A DNA stretch of 64,000 nt from Spirochaetia bacterium (GCA_038204425.1 JBBRCZ010000003.1:150383-214382), one strand, 5' to 3'. Numbered from the stretch's first letter, positions 17,658-27,902 are shown. Notes: generated by a model from the sequence alone, not told the origin. Numbers and translations: made by a program.

Positions 17658-20468
17658 GTGTTTCTCAAAAATCTAGAAATACTTGGATTCAAATCTTTTG
17701 CTGATAGGACACGTATCGAATTTGCCGATGGCATTTCTGCCTTGCTTGGACCCAACGGTTGTGGCAAGTCAAATGTTGTCGACGCTATAAAATGGGTTTT
17801 GGGCGAACAAGCCTCCAAGTCCCTGCGTGCCGAAGCGATGGAAGATGTGATCTTTAACGGCACCGAGACCCGCAAGGCACTCAACGTGGCCGAAGTAACC
17901 TTAACCCTAGGTAATGAAGATGGCATCTTGCCGCTGGACATGAGCGAAATAACCATACGACGAAGACTTTTTCGCAATGGTGATAGCGAATATTACATCA
18001 ACAACGCTCCAGTTAAGCTGCGAGAACTGCGTGAGTTATTCTATGACACCGGAGTTGGTAAGACCGCCTATTCGATTATGGAACAGGGCAAGATCGATCA
18101 GATTCTATCCAACAGGCCCGAAGAACGCCGTAATCTTTTTGAAGAAGCGGCGGGTATTACGCGCTTTAAGGTGCGCGGCCTTGAGGCAGAGCGCAAACTT
18201 GAGAAAACCGACGAAAATATTCGCCAGATCGAAAGTATCCTCAGTGAAGTTAAACGTAGCTATGACAGTCTTAAAAAACAGGCAGACAAGACTCACAGCT
18301 ATCGTGGTCTCAAGGACCAAGCTTTTGAACTTGACCTCAACATTCAACTGCTCAAATTAAAAGAAACCAAAGAGTCAAGCCAAAAGCAAAGCAAAGAACT
18401 AGAAAACCATCAGCGCGAACGAGATGAGCTCAAAAAAAACATCGACAACACTAATGAGACTTTAGAATCTAGCCTCGACGAAATGAATGCAATGGAAGCT
18501 CAGTTAATTGGCAATCAGAAAAAGCTCTATGGCATTGAACTAGAAAAGAACAATCACGACAACCAAATAAAGATGCTGGCCGAGCGAATTCGTGAAATTG
18601 AAGAAAAAATTGTCCAAGATGTGCAAAGGAGTCGTGCAGCCCAAGAAAAAGCCTTGGCGGTGCAAAATCAGTTAGCACAGCATGGAAAAAGTATCAGCGA
18701 ACTTGGTGAGCAACTAAAGAAGACTGATGAACATATCCAACAGTTTGCTTCTAATGTCGAAGCTGCACAGTCAAGGATCAAAACCAATAGTGACGAAAGC
18801 ACGGCCTTGGAGGAGTCAATTAAAGCCAACGACCTGCGGATGAGTTCAATTCAGGCCGACTTAACGGCCTTGACCGATCGCATCGTTAGTCAGTTGGATA
18901 GGGGCCTTGGTGATAGCGACTATGACGCCGGTTCTCGGCAAGAAATAGAAAACAAAGTTTTTGCTCTGCTTGACTCACTCACCATCAATCTGACTGGAAG
19001 GCGCGATATTCTTGCTGACCTTCAGAAAATTGACTCGGAAGATTCGTTGCGGCAAGGAATTGCCAAGGTCTGTGAGGGTTTTCCCGAAACGCTAAAACTG
19101 TTAGATGAACTTAGATTGGGCATGCAAGATTTTAGTACCTCAATGCCACTTTTTCTTGATGAATTTCTTGCACCGGAGGGCACCATCACCAAAAAGCGCG
19201 ATTTGGACTCGCTTTTGGAAAAAACCCATCAAGAAATTATAGCTGCACGAAAAAAAATATCCGATCTTGGGCGTGAAAACACCGGTTTGAGCCTAAAAAT
19301 TGGTGAGTATCGCGATACGCTTGAACAATTGAGACTTGGAAAAGAACGAAGTATCGGTCAAAAAAAATCACTTGAAGAGCAGGTTAAGCGCGACCAAGCG
19401 AGCTTGGCTGAGCTACGGAGCCAGATTGGTGAACTTGAGGCCCAAAGCGCTGAGGATCGCGGCAGGATTAATGGGATTAAGGAAAAAATAGAAGAAGTTA
19501 AGCAGCACTTGTCTGACTTAAGTGTCAAAGAAAAAGAACTGCAAAAGCAACTTGATGAGTTAGAAAAGGGCATTTCAACGCGCTCAAAGACTCTTCTAAA
19601 TAAAGAAAAACAGCTCAAATCTCAGATGCTGTCGTTGGCTGCATTTCAGGATAAGGTAGAGAAGTCCCAGATCACGGGAGCCGAACTTGCTTCAGAAATT
19701 AGGAATATTTGTGCCAATTTTCGTGAAAAATACTCACGTGACCTGCTTGAGTTTGAATCGCGACAACTTGAGCAGCTAGCTGAGGCTCGCGAGCTTCGTG
19801 AGCAGGCTTCAGATATTAAAGAACAACTTAGGGCACTCGGCAGCGTTAACTTGATGGCCGTCGAAGAGTTTGCCGAAGTCAAAGAACGTTACGACTTCCT
19901 AAGTGGTCAGCTTGAGGACTTAAGAAAAGCTAAGGACGATCTGGTCAAGGTTACCGATGAGATCCGCCAAGAGAGCGCTCATTTGTTCTCAGAAACCTAC
20001 GAAAAAATTAGACGGCATTTTCATGTCTTGTTTAGGCGACTTTTTGGCGGTGGGCGAGCCGAGATCAAACTGACCAGTCCAGAAGCAGTTTTACAGTCGG
20101 GCATAGAAATCTACGCCCAGCCACCAGGAAAGAAGCTGGAAAACATAGCCCTTCTGTCGGGTGGTGAACGTTCGTTGACGGCCGTTGCGCTCTTGTTTGC
20201 AACCTACATCGTTAAACCTTCGCCCTTTTGTTTGCTCGACGAGATAGATGCGGCGTTGGACGAAAGTAACGTCAATCGCTTTGTTTCGATGCTGATGGAA
20301 TTTGGTGAAACAAGCCAGTTTATCATTATCACGCATAACAAAAAGACCGTTACTGGCGCCAAGACACTACTCGGGGTTACTATGGAAGAGTCGGGGGTGT
20401 CAAAAATTATCGCAATTCGATTGTCACATGACGCATCGAGTAGAGAGATAGTTGAAAACAATGGCTAA
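17658..20468 (+). CDS. smc: Chromosome segregation protein SMC (short spirochaetal form)
   Basis: GFKSFAD, GPNGCGKSN, Q-loop IMEQG, LSGGE, LLDEIDAALD, IITH; long coiled coils. Confidence 0.92.
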   Translation: MFLKNLEILGFKSFADRTRIEFADGISALLGPNGCGKSNVVDAIKWVLGEQASKSLRAEAMEDVIFNGTETRKALNVAEVTLTLGNEDGILPLDMSEITIRRRLFRNGDSEYYINNAPVKLRELRELFYDTGVGKTAYSIMEQGKIDQILSNRPEERRNLFEEAAGITRFKVRGLEAERKLEKTDENIRQIESILSEVKRSYDSLKKQADKTHSYRGLKDQAFELDLNIQLLKLKETKESSQKQSKELENHQRERDELKKNIDNTNETLESSLDEMNAMEAQLIGNQKKLYGIELEKNNHDNQIKMLAERIREIEEKIVQDVQRSRAAQEKALAVQNQLAQHGKSISELGEQLKKTDEHIQQFASNVEAAQSRIKTNSDESTALEESIKANDLRMSSIQADLTALTDRIVSQLDRGLGDSDYDAGSRQEIENKVFALLDSLTINLTGRRDILADLQKIDSEDSLRQGIAKVCEGFPETLKLLDELRLGMQDFSTSMPLFLDEFLAPEGTITKKRDLDSLLEKTHQEIIAARKKISDLGRENTGLSLKIGEYRDTLEQLRLGKERSIGQKKSLEEQVKRDQASLAELRSQIGELEAQSAEDRGRINGIKEKIEEVKQHLSDLSVKEKELQKQLDELEKGISTRSKTLLNKEKQLKSQMLSLAAFQDKVEKSQITGAELASEIRNICANFREKYSRDLLEFESRQLEQLAEARELREQASDIKEQLRALGSVNLMAVEEFAEVKERYDFLSGQLEDLRKAKDDLVKVTDEIRQESAHLFSETYEKIRRHFHVLFRRLFGGGRAEIKLTSPEAVLQSGIEIYAQPPGKKLENIALLSGGERSLTAVALLFATYIVKPSPFCLLDEIDAALDESNVNRFVSMLMEFGETSQFIIITHNKKTVTGAKTLLGVTMEESGVSKIIAIRLSHDASSREIVENNG

Positions 20469-20973
20469 AATAAATTTGAGCTTCCTGACGGTGATTGTTG
20501 ACGCATTGAGGTCGTTTGCCGAAAATCTAAGCGATAAGCTGTCGTTAGCAAAAGAATCGCTAGGTCCAAAACTCAAATTAGCACTTTTGGCGGCTTTAAT
20601 TTTGACTATGGTGCTACTAATTTTGCTTGTACTTTTGTCAATGCCAAGTGCTCCTGTCGCTGCAAAAAGCTCGACTACACTTGAAATTGCTCAGCAGGCA
20701 AGCATCTACGGCACAGATTTTTCTTTGGGACCTAGCACCCAAACCACCGTCGCTGCACAAGGAATCGACCCTTTTTTAAAGAAGCCTATTTTGCCGCCTG
20801 AGCCTCGGCTTTACCTTGGGGGCGAGATAGAACTGAGCCGACCGCCACAATCATATTGGTCAATTGAAGACCTTGAGCCTTTTTGGCCAAGCTTAAAACA
20901 AGACTTGCAACGGGTTTTAAGAGAACAAAATCAAAAGGATTTTTTGCGTTTGCTTAAGCACGGTAGTAATTAG
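20461..20973 (+). CDS. Hypothetical single-TM protein coupled to smc
   Basis: Overlaps the smc stop; one long hydrophobic segment. Confidence 0.6.
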   Translation: MAKINLSFLTVIVDALRSFAENLSDKLSLAKESLGPKLKLALLAALILTMVLLILLVLLSMPSAPVAAKSSTTLEIAQQASIYGTDFSLGPSTQTTVAAQGIDPFLKKPILPPEPRLYLGGEIELSRPPQSYWSIEDLEPFWPSLKQDLQRVLREQNQKDFLRLLKHGSN

Positions 20974-21043
20974 ACCACTGCCATAATTAGTCAACTCAGC
21001 AGATATTCTTTCCGATAGTATAAAAGTTCCGGGGGGGGGTACT

Positions 21044-22594
21044 ATGCAACTGAAGACTCGTTTGATAGCAATCAACAAAAAGCTGCTCGTTTTGGGGATA
21101 CTATTGTCTTATTTGGGCAGTATATCGGCCCAAGAATTACAAGGGCCAGAATCGGATGCTTTGCTTGCTCCAAAGATTGAGTACTCTGATAAGTTGCTAC
21201 CTGCAATTGAGCTGATAATTCCGAGGCTTAAACTCAAATCCGCAAGCCGAAGTCCACTAGTAAACCTAAGTCCCAATCAGGCGAATGACGCCCGGACATT
21301 GGCAACAATCAATAAAGATGCGCAAAAATTGATTCACGCTTCGGCGATTGCAGTTGCGTCGACCAATCTGGGATTGGAAGTCGTCGCCCTGTCGGCTCAG
21401 AACGCTAACCAACTTGTCAGCAAGCAGCTAGAACTTGCGCCAATCAAGCAGCTTATTGTTCCCGTTGATAGCGAAGTTGTGGTTCAAGCTCTTGTGCGAC
21501 CAAAAACTACTACAACTACCATTGCTAGGCCTGCCTTGACGGTTGCGCGCTTATCGAGTACTAGCACTACTGTCAGGCCGGTAGCGCGAGCTGCTTCTAC
21601 GAGCACAACTACGGTCCTTCGGAGCGCTTACGTTAAGGATCCGGTTCCAAGTCCAGCTGCCATTAGGGCCAAAGCGCTGGAGGCCATCAATTATGCCCAG
21701 GCCCAGAGTTCTACGCTGGTTGATGCGCCTTTGGTCCAACAAATCCAGTCTCCGACCACGTCATTACCAAGTCTTAGTCAAACAGTGTTTGGGCAGCTCG
21801 GGATCCCCGTAGAAATTGGTCTCAAGGGACGCGGATGGCTCTATCTTGGCTCGGTTGGACAGCCAAACGCCGTGGCGTTCTTGGAAAAAACAGCAGGTTT
21901 TGACGCTGAAAAGTTTAGATTCAGAAATGAAAAAACCGGTATGGTAAGCCTGCAGTTCCAGCGACAGGACCTGCAAAGCGGTTTGACCGAGAAGGCAGTT
22001 GTGGTACTCACTATCAGTCCTCGTAGCAACTCAGCTGTTCTCCCAATCAATAGTAGCATTCAAAATCCAACAACTGGAATGCAACAGCAACAAAACTCTC
22101 CTGCCACAAGCGCTACCGGAAGTTTTGAACCAGAGTATCCCTTGGTTTCAGCAGCTGCTGGCAATTCTCAAAATCGAGCTGGTTCAAACTGGAATCAAAC
22201 AGGGCCGCGCAGTGAGCTAGGCGCCAACAGCCCAGAAACAAGTGCGGCCCAAGCAAATTTGAGTGTAGAAAGTACCAGTGCCTTAGACGCTATGAAGGTT
22301 ACTGGTGATGCTGAAAGTATGTTTTCTATGGCAGCGTCGTGGGAAAAAGGTAAAAATGCAGTCCCCGCACGAGATCTGTACAAAAGAATCCTCAAAGAAC
22401 AAACAGCCTATGAAAAAACGGACCAAGTAATGTTTGCTTTAGCAAAACTACTAGAAAATGATGCGGTCGTGCGGGATTTACAAGCTTCGCGTGACCTTTA
22501 CGTGCAGCTACAAAATTTGTACCCTTACAGTAGCTTAGTAGAGCCAGCGCGGGAGCGGATGCGCTACTTGCAGCGTACCTTCTTTAGGCAGTAA
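21044..22594 (+). CDS. Exported protein with S/T-rich linkers and C-terminal TPR-like (BamD/YfiO-like) domain
   Basis: Signal peptide; GWLYLG domain; C-terminal A..LY..L...YPYS...EPARER TPR pattern. Confidence 0.65.
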   Translation: MQLKTRLIAINKKLLVLGILLSYLGSISAQELQGPESDALLAPKIEYSDKLLPAIELIIPRLKLKSASRSPLVNLSPNQANDARTLATINKDAQKLIHASAIAVASTNLGLEVVALSAQNANQLVSKQLELAPIKQLIVPVDSEVVVQALVRPKTTTTTIARPALTVARLSSTSTTVRPVARAASTSTTTVLRSAYVKDPVPSPAAIRAKALEAINYAQAQSSTLVDAPLVQQIQSPTTSLPSLSQTVFGQLGIPVEIGLKGRGWLYLGSVGQPNAVAFLEKTAGFDAEKFRFRNEKTGMVSLQFQRQDLQSGLTEKAVVVLTISPRSNSAVLPINSSIQNPTTGMQQQQNSPATSATGSFEPEYPLVSAAAGNSQNRAGSNWNQTGPRSELGANSPETSAAQANLSVESTSALDAMKVTGDAESMFSMAASWEKGKNAVPARDLYKRILKEQTAYEKTDQVMFALAKLLENDAVVRDLQASRDLYVQLQNLYPYSSLVEPARERMRYLQRTFFRQ

Positions 22595-22663
22595 GACAAA
22601 GCAATTTCGCAAATATATGGGTGCTATAGCTCCAAAGACTTCCAACTCAGCCAACAAGTCAAA

Positions 22664-22692
22664 TTGACATCATCCATAGCTGGCGATAGAAT
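22664..22692 (+). promoter_or_regulatory. Near-consensus sigma70 promoter of the E1-lipoyl-FabH fusion gene
   Basis: TTGACA-N17-TAGAAT, followed by GAGGAG SD and GTG 22741. Confidence 0.7.
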
Positions 22693-22740
22693 GCCAGCAG
22701 ATAAAATTGGATTTGTTGTTTTGGCCTCGAGGAGTTTATA

Positions 22741-25700
22741 GTGAGTAAGAATGCCCTCCAGCTTGAGTTGTTTCTATCAGTGTTTCGCAACATGGTGGCG
22801 TCACGAGAGATAGACATACTGGAACAGGACTATACCCAGCGCGGTGAAGCGTTTTTTCATGTTTCTGGCACTGGTCATGAGAACATTGCCTTCCTCAATA
22901 CACATTTGATTCCAGCTGACTATCTCCATTGTCATTATCGTGACAAATCCTTGATGTTGGCACGGGGCTTGAGTATAGAACAGTTTTTCTTAAGTCTTTT
23001 TTGTAAAGACAATAGTCACAGTCGTGGTAGGCAAATGTCTGCTCATTTGTCGGATCCGGACCTTCACATAATGAGTTTAGTCGGACCGGTTGGAAACAAT
23101 GCCCTTCAAGCGGTGGGAGCAGCTTCGGCTATAAAAAACCAAAGTCAGAACCCAATTGTACTATGTGGTCTAGGCGATGGAACATCGCAACAAGGTGAAG
23201 TGCTAGAGGCGATTGCTCATGCAGTTCGCCAGACACTGCCTGTCTTGTTTGTGATCCAAGACAATACCTGGGCAATTTCAACCAAAACCGAAGGGCAGAC
23301 TTTTTATAATACACCTGATGGCGATGCTGAGCAGTATTACGGCATTCCTATTGTGCGTGTCGATGGCAAAGATGCGCATAGTTGTCACGACGTATTTGGC
23401 GAGGTAGTAGCGTCTATGCGCAAAACTCGTAAGCCGGCCATAATTATTTTTAAAGTTGCTCGTATTAACAGTCATACCAACGCTGACGACCACCGTATGT
23501 ATCGCAGTGCCGAAGAAATAGAGGCCACGCGAGCCAGTGGTGACCCCCTAGTCCCCCTAGAGGCATGGTTCCAGACCCAAGGTATTGCCAGCCAAGACTT
23601 AAGTGCTATCCGTCAAGAGATTAAAGAAACGGTCCGCAAGGCAGCCGAGGCAGCTCAATACAGCCCAGAACCCAAGGCCATCTACGACGCCAAAGCGGTA
23701 TTACCAGCAAGTTTATTTGACTTAGCCAGAGAAAATAGAGGTGATGAGGCCCAGGGACAGGTGGTTATGCTTGAGGCCCTTAGAGTGACTCTCAAGAACC
23801 ACTTGGAGTCTGATGCAGACGTCTGTTTGTTTGGAGAAGATATTGAGGACCCCAAGGGTGATGTTTTTGGCGTCACCCGAGGCCTTAGTCAGGCTTTCCC
23901 TGATAGAGTTGTCAATTCGCCCTTGGCAGAGGCTACCATTGTGGGTGTAGCAGTAGGGCAGGCCCTTGCTGGCAAAAAACCTGTGGCTTTTTTGCAATTT
24001 GCCGATTTTTTCCCTATCGCCTTCAATCAGATATTTGCTGAACTGGGCTCGATGCACTGGAGAACTGACGGTGCTTGGAAATGCCCGGTAATATTAATGG
24101 TCACCTGCGGTGGCTACAAGCCGGGCTTGGGTCCATTTCATGCTTCGAGTATGGAGTCGATTGCCGTTCACACTCCAGGTGTGGACGTTTTTATGCCTTC
24201 TTCGGCGGCAGATGCGGCGGGTCTTTTAAATGCGGCCTTTGAGTCAAAACGACCCACGGTCTTCTTTTATCCCAAGAGTTGTCTCAATGATCGCAGTCAA
24301 GCGACATCCACCGATATACACAAACGATTTGTTCCGATTGGAAAAGCACGCTTGGTGCGATCGGGTAGTGACTTTACCTTTGTTGGCTGGGGCAATACCG
24401 TGGCTTTGTGTCGTCAAGCCGCAGACGAACTAAGTAAAGTGGGGATTAACAGCGATGTAATTGACCTGAGATCGCTCTTTCCATGGGATCAAGAAACTGT
24501 TTTAAGTTCCGTAAAACGAAGTCGTCGTATGATTATTGCTCAAGAAGATAGTCATAGCGCCAGTTTGGCAAGTGAAATAAGTGCCACTATCTCTGAACTG
24601 ATAGTTGGCGAAATTGTAGTCAAAAGAGTCTCGCGACCTGACACGTACGTGCCTTGTAATTTTGGCAACCAATTGGAAGTTTTGCCATCCTACCAAAAAA
24701 TTCTAGAAACCGCCGTTGAGATTTTAGGTGCAAGTATTAGTTGGCAAAAAGACCAGGTTGCCGAAGACGGATACGCCTTTATTGAGGCAGCCGGATCTAG
24801 CCCTTCAGATGAGTCAGTCACCGTTATCCAATGGCGAGTAAAACCTGGTGATGTGCTCAAACCAGGCATGCCGCTAGCTGAGATGGAAGCAGATAAGGCT
24901 GCTTTTGAGCTTTCTTGCCCAATCGGCGGCACGCTGACTCAAGTCTTGGTTCCAGTGGGCATGATGGTAAAGGTTGGTACACCTTTACTGGTGGTTGCTA
25001 TAGAGGGGCGTAAACCAGTAATTAAACCACTTACAAGAGAAAACCCAGGTATACCAACTATCGTTTTACCTGAAATCCAAAAATCAAAAAGCATAGTCAG
25101 TGACCACCACGAGCTACATGAGTCTGGCCGCTACAATCGGCCCAAGTTTTCACGGGCTATGCCGGTTGCTGGTATTGCTGGGATAGTGGCAGTTCCTGGC
25201 TCTATTGCAGTATCCAACACACAGATAGCCTCCAAAAGTAGTGACTGGGATGCTCAGGATATTTTCAAGCGGATCGGTATCGAGAGTCGTTACTGGGTGG
25301 CTGAGAGTGAAACCACAACCTCATTAGCTATTAAGGCAGCACAAAAATTGCTCAAGGCGCATAAACTAAAGGCGTCTGATTTGAGCGCGGTCATCTGTAC
25401 AACCGGGACTCCCGATATAATGACGCCTAGCCTTGCTTGTTTGGTGCTTGATGCTTTGTCCAAAGATCTCAAAGAGTCGCCCTTGATTCCGGCTTGGGAT
25501 ATTAATGCTGCATGCTCAGGCTATTTATATGGCCTTCAGGCTGCCTGGGATCACTTGTTGCACGAGCCTAGTGGCAAAGTTTTGTTGGTAAGCAGTGAGG
25601 TGCTTTCTAGAAAAACTGACCCCGTTGACTCAAGTACCGCACCGATCTTTGGCGACGCGGCAACGGCAACGCTGATACTTGGCTGGGACAACTTTAAACA

Positions 25701-26163
25701 GTTTAAGTGGTTGATAGAACGACCCGTTTTGGCTGCCAAGGCCGAAAGTGGCAAAGCCTTGAGTGTGCCGCTCAAGACTGGCGAATATGTCCACATGGAT
25801 GGACCCAAGGTTTTTCAAGAAGCGGTGCGCCATATGGTGCTACTTCTAGAAAAAGCCTGCGCACAAAGTGGTATCAAGGTTAGTGACCTAGATTTAGTTG
25901 TACCACATCAGGCCAACCAAAGAATCATAAATGCTGTCAGACAAAAAGCAAAACTCGACGAAGATCAGGTTTATAGTAATATCCGACACTACGGAAATAC
26001 TTCATCATCATCGATTCCGATTGCCTTGGCCAAAATTTTGGACGAAGGCCACCAAGCCAAGTCGATAGGTCTATGCGCCTTTGGTGGAGGCTTTACGTTT
26101 GCAGGAGGCATTCTTCGTGTGCCCGATCAACAAAACGCAAACTTTGCCAGTCAGGAAGAATGA
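22741..26163 (+). CDS. Fusion: 2-oxoacid dehydrogenase E1alpha + E1beta + lipoyl domain + beta-ketoacyl-ACP synthase III (FabH)
   Basis: ThDP motif GDG(145-147)...QDN; E1beta FGEDI..KGDVFGVT, AEATIVG, QFADF, GPFH; lipoyl EMEADKA (K719); FabH triad AACSG (C925), PHQAN (H1056), GNTSSS (N1086), FGGGFT. Confidence 0.9.
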   Translation: MSKNALQLELFLSVFRNMVASREIDILEQDYTQRGEAFFHVSGTGHENIAFLNTHLIPADYLHCHYRDKSLMLARGLSIEQFFLSLFCKDNSHSRGRQMSAHLSDPDLHIMSLVGPVGNNALQAVGAASAIKNQSQNPIVLCGLGDGTSQQGEVLEAIAHAVRQTLPVLFVIQDNTWAISTKTEGQTFYNTPDGDAEQYYGIPIVRVDGKDAHSCHDVFGEVVASMRKTRKPAIIIFKVARINSHTNADDHRMYRSAEEIEATRASGDPLVPLEAWFQTQGIASQDLSAIRQEIKETVRKAAEAAQYSPEPKAIYDAKAVLPASLFDLARENRGDEAQGQVVMLEALRVTLKNHLESDADVCLFGEDIEDPKGDVFGVTRGLSQAFPDRVVNSPLAEATIVGVAVGQALAGKKPVAFLQFADFFPIAFNQIFAELGSMHWRTDGAWKCPVILMVTCGGYKPGLGPFHASSMESIAVHTPGVDVFMPSSAADAAGLLNAAFESKRPTVFFYPKSCLNDRSQATSTDIHKRFVPIGKARLVRSGSDFTFVGWGNTVALCRQAADELSKVGINSDVIDLRSLFPWDQETVLSSVKRSRRMIIAQEDSHSASLASEISATISELIVGEIVVKRVSRPDTYVPCNFGNQLEVLPSYQKILETAVEILGASISWQKDQVAEDGYAFIEAAGSSPSDESVTVIQWRVKPGDVLKPGMPLAEMEADKAAFELSCPIGGTLTQVLVPVGMMVKVGTPLLVVAIEGRKPVIKPLTRENPGIPTIVLPEIQKSKSIVSDHHELHESGRYNRPKFSRAMPVAGIAGIVAVPGSIAVSNTQIASKSSDWDAQDIFKRIGIESRYWVAESETTTSLAIKAAQKLLKAHKLKASDLSAVICTTGTPDIMTPSLACLVLDALSKDLKESPLIPAWDINAACSGYLYGLQAAWDHLLHEPSGKVLLVSSEVLSRKTDPVDSSTAPIFGDAATATLILGWDNFKQFKWLIERPVLAAKAESGKALSVPLKTGEYVHMDGPKVFQEAVRHMVLLLEKACAQSGIKVSDLDLVVPHQANQRIINAVRQKAKLDEDQVYSNIRHYGNTSSSSIPIALAKILDEGHQAKSIGLCAFGGGFTFAGGILRVPDQQNANFASQEE

Positions 26164-26192
26164 ATTAAAATGAACAAGGTTTGGTAGATTAG

Positions 26193-27530
26193 ATGCTAGA
26201 AAAAGTAAGTTTGGCCTTTAGTGATATTATTAGAACAGTTGCTGGCAAGGCGAGTGTAACAGAAAAAAATGTAGAAGAGGCTGTTGAACAGATAAAGCTT
26301 GCACTGCTTGATGCTGACGTTAGTGTCCGAGTGGTCAGGCGATTTGTCAATCAGACCTTGCAAGAGGCAAATGGCGAAAAGGTACTGCGCTCGGTTAATC
26401 CCGGGCAACAGTTTATAAAAATTGTTCATGACAAAATGGTTGCCCTCTTGGGGGATACCAAGCAAGACCTTCAGCTAAGAGGACCAGACACTGCCAGTGT
26501 TATTCTATTGTATGGCTTGCAAGGCTCAGGAAAAACTACAAGTGCCGGTAAGTTGGGCTTACGATTAAAGAAGCAAGGCCGCAAAGTACTCTTGGTTGCG
26601 GCTGACTTGGTGCGGCCCGCTGCGATCGAACAGTTGGCAATCTTAGGGCAGCAGCTTGAGATCGACGTTTACCGCGAAGATGGAGCTACAGATCCGGTCA
26701 AAGTTGCCAAAAACGGCGTTAACTTTGGCAAAAAAAACCTCTTTGACACGATAATTATTGACACGTCGGGTCGCATGCAAGTTGATGAACCTTTGATGAA
26801 AGAATTGCAGCGACTCAGAGACAGCGTCTCACCGCTTGAATCCTTGCTAGTTGTAGATGCAATGACCGGTCAGCACGCGGTAGAGATCGCGACAGCCTTT
26901 GACCAGAACCTCAGTCTGACTGGTCTAATTTTGACCAAGTTTGACTCTGATACCCGTGGTGGGGCCGCTCTCTCATTGAGATCGGTAACGGGCAAACCAA
27001 TCAAGTTCATTGGTACTGGTGAAAAATCGACTGACTTGGAAGTTTTTCATCCAGAAAGGATTGCTGGCCGTATTCTTGGCATGGGTGACGTTGTCAGTTT
27101 GGTTGAAAAAGCTCAAGAGGTCTTTGATCAAGACCAAGCGATTAAATTGCAACAAAAGATGGCGACTGGCAACTTTACCTTAGAAGACTATCTCGACCAG
27201 TTTAGACAAGTTCGCAAAATGGGTAGTCTGGAAAAGTTAGCAGAGATGATTCCGGGCATGAAAAACGCTGTTGAAAGTGAGCAGATCAATGAAAAGGGTA
27301 TCAAGACTGAAGAAGCCATTATTCTGTCTATGACCAAGAACGAACGAGGTAACCATCTGATTATTGGCCCTTCAAGACGCAAACGAATAGCGCATGGATC
27401 GGGGACTTCGGTGCATGCAGTCAATCAGTTGCTCAAAAAGTTCGAAAAAACGCGCGATTCTATGCGAAAAATGACCAAAAACAAGAAGTATCAGGCTCAG
27501 GTATTGCAACAGATGGGCATGCCTGGTTAA
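26193..27530 (+). CDS. ffh: Signal recognition particle protein
   Basis: GLQGSGKTT, DTSGR, TKFDSDTRGGAALS, RILGMGD, M-domain SRRKRIAHGSG. Confidence 0.97.
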   Translation: MLEKVSLAFSDIIRTVAGKASVTEKNVEEAVEQIKLALLDADVSVRVVRRFVNQTLQEANGEKVLRSVNPGQQFIKIVHDKMVALLGDTKQDLQLRGPDTASVILLYGLQGSGKTTSAGKLGLRLKKQGRKVLLVAADLVRPAAIEQLAILGQQLEIDVYREDGATDPVKVAKNGVNFGKKNLFDTIIIDTSGRMQVDEPLMKELQRLRDSVSPLESLLVVDAMTGQHAVEIATAFDQNLSLTGLILTKFDSDTRGGAALSLRSVTGKPIKFIGTGEKSTDLEVFHPERIAGRILGMGDVVSLVEKAQEVFDQDQAIKLQQKMATGNFTLEDYLDQFRQVRKMGSLEKLAEMIPGMKNAVESEQINEKGIKTEEAIILSMTKNERGNHLIIGPSRRKRIAHGSGTSVHAVNQLLKKFEKTRDSMRKMTKNKKYQAQVLQQMGMPG

Positions 27531-27619
27531 TATCCTGTCCCGACCCATTGAGCCAACATTGGGTTTATTAAATTTTGACCTACAGAGCCTCAAAAGACGC
27601 TCATAATAAGGAGAGAAAC

Positions 27620-27865
27620 ATGGTTGTTATCAGAATGAAGCGAATCGGTACCAAGAAACGTCCGTACTACCGAGTGGTTGTATCCGATTCCCGCAAGCCG
27701 CGTGATGGTCAGGCCATCGAAGAACTTGGCTACTATCGTCCAGTGGAAGCTGGTCCAAATCAGTTTGTTGTTAAGGAAGATCGTATCAGAGAATGGGTTT
27801 CCAAGGGTGCTCAACCTAGTGACACTGTTCGTCGATTGCTCAACAACAACAAAATCTATTTCTAA
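27620..27865 (+). CDS. rpsP: 30S ribosomal protein S16
   Basis: [34 protein letters not shown]. Confidence 0.97.
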   Translation: MVVIRMKRIGTKKRPYYRVVVSDSRKPRDGQAIEELGYYRPVEAGPNQFVVKEDRIREWVSKGAQPSDTVRRLLNNNKIYF

Positions 27866-27902
27866 TTCATTCGCTAAGAGAAACTAGGCGAAAGGAGCCG
27901 AG

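Noticed and set aside
26164..27619. SRP RNA (ffs) near ffh
   Set aside because: Flanking intergenic gaps are too short and lack the conserved CAGG-(GNRA)-AGCA domain IV.
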